From NCBI GenBank assembly GCA_001662655.1, contig KV460207.1: a stretch of DNA of 64,000 nt, one strand, 5' to 3'. Position numbers and translations under genes: made by a program. Positions 59,543-64,000 of this stretch are shown one piece after another. Under the pieces are notes generated by a model. The model was not told the origin of the DNA. It was given only the letters and a program-made list of their open reading frames with translations, and searched no databases. Every line of letters begins with the position of its first letter. Within the stretch, counting starts at the first letter, position 1. Origin of the DNA: Pseudogymnoascus verrucosus (lineage: Eukaryota).

Positions 59543-60351
59543 TCAAGCCTTTGTGCCAAACAACCTACGGCCCAGCTTTGACACTTTCAGCACATCTCGA
59601 TATGTGAGGCTCGTACGACTTTGTCGTTCGTTTACGCCGTCTTTCAAAAGCTCTGGATGCCCTAGCAAATCCCAGTTCGCAACCGTCTCAGAATTAAGAT
59701 TTGTGTCCGCTGTCACATCGGCAATTCCGTGCAGATAATTTGTGTACATCTCCCCCGTTGTGATCAACAAACTCCTTGGCTCCTGTAGGATCTTCCACCG
59801 TGGCCCGCTCTCAGTACCGCCATGCTCATTGCTGCCGTAGATGTCAAGACAGAGACTTGCGCCCAGGCTAACAGTGCAAACAACGGGATGGTAGGCAGAG
59901 CCGTCTTTATGTGGCATGATGCCTTGTCCTGGAAGGTATTCGTTGATTAATACGTGATTCGGTGCTTTGTGAGGGCTATCGGAGAACATATTCAGGCTTG
60001 GATCATCGGCATTCACTGGTAAAGAGAGGATTCGTGGAATTATCGGGTTGATGAGCCACGGTGGCAGGGGGGACTCCAGTAGAGTGTTGTTTGCCAGATC
60101 GGACGGCCATGTCTGCAGTCTTCGATGAGTGAGCGTCTTCCATCGAGGCTTCGGAGCTGTTGCTATCTTCGAATGATCAGTGGTGGCCTTGGGGTGACTC
60201 TTAATATCATACTCACTTTCTCAAGAATGGCAGCTTCTTCTGCTTTGGTTATGAAATCAGTAACATAGCAAACTGTGCCGGGTAGAGACTTGACTGTTGC
60301 CTCTTCAAGGCTGATGGGGAGACCGGTTAGTGGAGAGTTGAGTGAGCTCAT
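59543..60351 (-). CDS. ALKBH6: ALKBH6-like 2OG-Fe(II) dioxygenase
   Basis: Y..DFIT..EE, PRWKTLTHRRLQTW, NHVLINEYLPGQGIMPHKDG..Y.P.V.TVSLG, YLHGI and RTSLTYR. One intron near 60165-60217. Confidence 0.88.
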
Positions 60352-61164
60352 AGCAAAAAGGTGATAGATCAAGCAAGGAGAGATCTGTAGCGTGGGGAAG
60401 AAGTGATAGATTGACACAACGCAAGCCACATCAGCGGAGCTAGTTTATTGGGAAGCTAGCACAAAGAGCGATGCCGATGATTCTGAATCTGTTACTGGTT
60501 GAAGCTAATGTGGCCAACAGACGATAAGGTTTGCGTCAAGCGTCAAGCTTTAGGCCGCCACGCCAGCGCGGGTTCGTTTGAACGCCTAGCAATTATTTCG
60601 TACTAAAAATCAACAGACCATAACGTCAATATTGCGTCTGTATATAGTATATTCATGTGCCGTGAGGGAGTGTTGTCTCTGAGCCAGCACAATATGGCCA
60701 TGCATGAATTGTGATTTGCGACGACGGAATTGGTGATGTAGAGCAGCAAATAATGTGCCATAATACACGAAACAGGTCACCGTACTCCAACTGCCGCCGC
60801 CAATCACAGGCCTCGAAGCCAATCGCCTCCAATGTCTTCAATGAGGAGCTTCCAATGAGTCGACGACCTACAACGGAGGCCTCTTGTATTCGATTATTAT
60901 AGAAGCGCACAAACTCCAAGGGCCTTCAGCGATCACATTGTCTGTGTTTCGGCATCCATCGTGGTGGCCGACGACGCTTGCGACACTGGGACGACCCCCA
61001 AACACCAAACGACCACGAAGCCTTGGTTGTTGATCGAGGGTCCTGCCTCGGTCTCAAGCATTGGCCCAAACGTCGAAGTGACGGGCACCAAAGATGCAGA
61101 GGGGGAGACGGGGGCCGACAATATAAATCAGATCCATACTGCGACAGATCCAGATGTGGCGACG

Positions 61165-64000
61165 ATGGAGCCCGCCGAACCCACCAAGTCGCCTCCAGGA
61201 GTCGATGCGCCAGACACGACAGAAAGCGCAACTCCAATAGGGATCAAATCATCACCTCCTCCTCTGCCAGTACCAGCGCAGGCGCAAGTGTCGACTCCGA
61301 ATGTAGAAAACGAGGGCGACGCAACTCCTGCTTCGGGGAGCGACTCGGAAGCGGAGACGGTGGTGCTGCCTGGAGCTGATGGCTACTCGCCATCGAAGAT
61401 TCGAAAGAAGCGAAAGATCAAGCTCGAAGACAAGACAAACGAAAATGGTGGCGACATCAATATGGATATTGATGTTGACATTGACAAAGGTACTCACATC
61501 GCCCAAGTAGACGTGAAAGCTGAGGAAGGTCAAACCTGGAATGAAGGCGCAGCTTCCCTTTTGGGAAAGAGAAAACGGTCGAAACATGGCAGCGCTACTA
61601 GACCTGATGATAACCATACGGGGAATTCCAGCGGATTAAGCTCTGTGCCGACGTCACCTGCTGCTCGATCATTGCCAGGTCCACCCAAGAGAACCGGCTC
61701 TGAGCCAGCAAGGTCCAGGTCCCCGTCACCAAGCGCGCCTCGAAAGGAGAAGCGACACCTAGAGCAGGTAAACAATGAGTCGGGATCTGAACGTGATAAG
61801 GACAATTGTCGCTCACATAAGAGGCGAAACTCCAACGCGAATAATTCTGGTAAACACAGCAAAAATTCCGCCACAGACGGTACACCTCAGCATCACCGAA
61901 CGGAGTCTCCTTCGCCCACAAGGCATAACAACACATCTGCTGCGAATGGCTTAAGCCATAAAAAGAAAGCTATCCCAGCTCCACTGCGCACAACCAAGGA
62001 CCATTCCATCGACTATCAATCTGACGCATCATCAACTGGCGAGTCGCCATACACCCGACGCTCGAGAACACGCAATCTTGGGACACCTCCAACCGGGGAT
62101 CTAGCTCACTCCGCAAAGATGCCCCCGCATCGTAGAAGGCCAGATAGATATGGACGTACGCCACTCACGGATGCATGCGAAGATGGGGACTATGATAAGG
62201 CGAAGCACCTGCTTGCAGAGTATCCAGAGGACCTCGACCAACCAGACGCAGCTAGGAACACGCCTTTGCAATGTGCAAGCTTGAACGGCCACGAAGACAT
62301 TGTCCAAATGTTACTTCAGAATGGCTGCAACGTTCATTGCAAGAATGACCTTGGAGACTCGCCTCTTTTGGATGCTGTAGAGAATGGCCACTTGCAAGTA
62401 ATCAGACTTCTTCTTGGTGCGGGTGTGGATCCCCGTGCACGAAATAAGTTGGGTGAGGAACCTATCACGAAAATCAATGAAGACGATGAGGATGCCGATG
62501 CAATACGGGAAGCTCTTTTAGCGGCCCGCTTGACATATGCACAAGCCCGCCCCTCAGCCACTAGCCAGACTCCGCAAGCCGAAACCAGTGACTCTAGGAA
62601 TCGAAGGACCATGAGCCACGGCAGATCGAATAGGACTGGCCAGCACCAGCTTTACACACCACTCACTGTCACCACTCTCAGAACTGCGGCAGCCAAGGGC
62701 GACCTTCAAACGGTGGGCTTGGTAGCTTCAGTTCTCGAAGAAGGCCTCGATGATGCTGAATCTTTGATCGCAGCAGCCAAGGGCGGCCACGATGAAGTCC
62801 TGCAGATCCTACTGGCAGTCGGCAATGCGAACCCTGATCCATCTCCTATCCCTGGGTCCTGGGAGTACTCCACGCCAATCCTTGCGGCAATTGGCGGCGA
62901 GAACATGAAGGTCATTGAGCTGCTTCTTGCAAATATCGATGACGGTAGATTCGACCCGACAAAAACTTACCGTGGCCGAACCTACTATGAGATTGCCAAG
63001 GAACGTGCTGGGCCCCTTTGGGAGGATGAGGAGAAGCTCCTGAAAGGTGCCTTTGATAACTACAAATCGTCAGCACGATCTGGTCGCTCTGGTCACTCCT
63101 CCAACAATCAACCAACTAGGTCTCACAGGAAGAAGCCATCGGATGCCTCCGACAGACCAAACGGAAGCAAGGAAAAGCATCAGGCCGGGGACAATGGAGT
63201 TGACCACAGACGGGATCGATTGGGTTCTCCAGGTAGAAAAGGCGTGAGTCGTTCTAAGGAAGGTGGTGAGGCTCTTGACCGAGAATCAGTCCCGTCACCT
63301 TCTCAGGAGAGAAAGAGATCAGAGCTCGATCGAACTGTTAGCCCGTCTGAATCGGAACCAACCAAACCTAGGCGCAAGTTAATATCTGGGAGAGATTTGA
63401 AGGGTGGACGCGAGAAGCAAAAATCAAATACCTCTATCACGTCTCCGCCTGGGGCAACCTCGGCTGGCGCTGATGACGATAAGTTAGATGCTGCTGGGAG
63501 AAAGAAAAACCTACAGCGTTCTGACTCTAAGGCTGCCTCTGATTCTGTGACTGAGCGGTCGAGGTCCGCTAAGCGAGAAAAGTCGTCAGACCGCATGTCA
63601 ACAATCAGAGCTCAGTCACCAACAAAGAGACCGAGGACAAGCTCAACACCTCCATCTGAATCGCAAGAAGCTTCAAATAAACGCAGACGTCTCGAATCGG
63701 AATCAAAGGGGCTACGCCGTTCCGAGAGTGTACGAGACACATCTCCTAATCATCGCAAGCCAATGCCACCTAGGTCAGACTCATCAACGCAAAAACCTAG
63801 CTCCTCAAAGGAACAAAGGCTTGAACCTGGCCGTAAAGAAAACCAGAAGCTGTCCAGCAAGCCAACGCTTTCTGGCGAAAAATCATCTTCTCACAAAGAG
63901 GCCAGACCTCGTCCCACTGAGGGTGTGCCAAGCGCCAGATCAAGCCAAGAGGCCGATCAGAAGACCAATTCCGCCGAAGAGGCTGCAGCACTCATTAAGA
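61165..64000 (+). CDS. Hos4-like ankyrin-repeat protein (putative Set3 complex subunit); runs off the window end and is absent from the ORF track
   Basis: Frame +1 is open from ATG 61165 to 64000. It has DSEAETVVLPG..GYSP, then ankyrins GRTPLTDAC, NTPLQCASLNGHEDIVQMLL, DSPLLDAVENGHLQVIRLLL and TPILAAIG. Confidence 0.8.
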   Translation, partial: MEPAEPTKSPPGVDAPDTTESATPIGIKSSPPPLPVPAQAQVSTPNVENEGDATPASGSDSEAETVVLPGADGYSPSKIRKKRKIKLEDKTNENGGDINMDIDVDIDKGTHIAQVDVKAEEGQTWNEGAASLLGKRKRSKHGSATRPDDNHTGNSSGLSSVPTSPAARSLPGPPKRTGSEPARSRSPSPSAPRKEKRHLEQVNNESGSERDKDNCRSHKRRNSNANNSGKHSKNSATDGTPQHHRTESPSPTRHNNTSAANGLSHKKKAIPAPLRTTKDHSIDYQSDASSTGESPYTRRSRTRNLGTPPTGDLAHSAKMPPHRRRPDRYGRTPLTDACEDGDYDKAKHLLAEYPEDLDQPDAARNTPLQCASLNGHEDIVQMLLQNGCNVHCKNDLGDSPLLDAVENGHLQVIRLLLGAGVDPRARNKLGEEPITKINEDDEDADAIREALLAARLTYAQARPSATSQTPQAETSDSRNRRTMSHGRSNRTGQHQLYTPLTVTTLRTAAAKGDLQTVGLVASVLEEGLDDAESLIAAAKGGHDEVLQILLAVGNANPDPSPIPGSWEYSTPILAAIGGENMKVIELLLANIDDGRFDPTKTYRGRTYYEIAKERAGPLWEDEEKLLKGAFDNYKSSARSGRSGHSSNNQPTRSHRKKPSDASDRPNGSKEKHQAGDNGVDHRRDRLGSPGRKGVSRSKEGGEALDRESVPSPSQERKRSELDRTVSPSESEPTKPRRKLISGRDLKGGREKQKSNTSITSPPGATSAGADDDKLDAAGRKKNLQRSDSKAASDSVTERSRSAKREKSSDRMSTIRAQSPTKRPRTSSTPPSESQEASNKRRRLESESKGLRRSESVRDTSPNHRKPMPPRSDSSTQKPSSSKEQRLEPGRKENQKLSSKPTLSGEKSSSHKEARPRPTEGVPSARSSQEADQKTNSAEEAAALIK

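Noticed and set aside
60711..63991. Short ORFs on both strands listed near the window end
   Set aside because: They are explained by one long plus-strand ankyrin ORF from 61165, which the track missed because its stop lies outside the window.

Overview
Intron-containing DNA from a filamentous ascomycete; the species cannot be fixed from sequence alone. Two blocks of conserved housekeeping genes flank the window. On the left are POL1, HUT1 and an MSG5/Pmp1-type MAPK phosphatase (1-13.1 kb). On the right are a PTH11-like membrane protein, RBG1, DFG10, an ALKBH6-like dioxygenase and a Hos4-like ankyrin protein (54.5-64 kb). Between them lies an accessory island of roughly 38-40 kb with four parts. 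(i) A decaying glycoside/saponin-utilisation cluster: a RIP-damaged Zn2Cys6 TF, an intact saponin-hydrolase-like gene, a GH1 pseudogene and a sugar porter with one nonsense codon. (ii) An apparently intact five-gene catabolic cluster: Zn2Cys6 TF, cyclohexanone-monooxygenase-clade Baeyer-Villiger monooxygenase, AtuA/DUF1446 protein, metallo-beta-lactamase-fold lactonase and Dal5/Tna1-type MFS transporter. This is the best candidate for an undescribed system. (iii) A nest of pogo/Fot1 transposons whose one intact copy carries 12 CGTACG palindromes spread over all three codon phases. (iv) A RIP-damaged T5orf172 gene, an Hv1 proton channel with an atypical S4, a GH43, an intronless NagZ-like GH3 and several gene relics. 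All calls come from reading the sequence and recalled family motifs; no database search was run.
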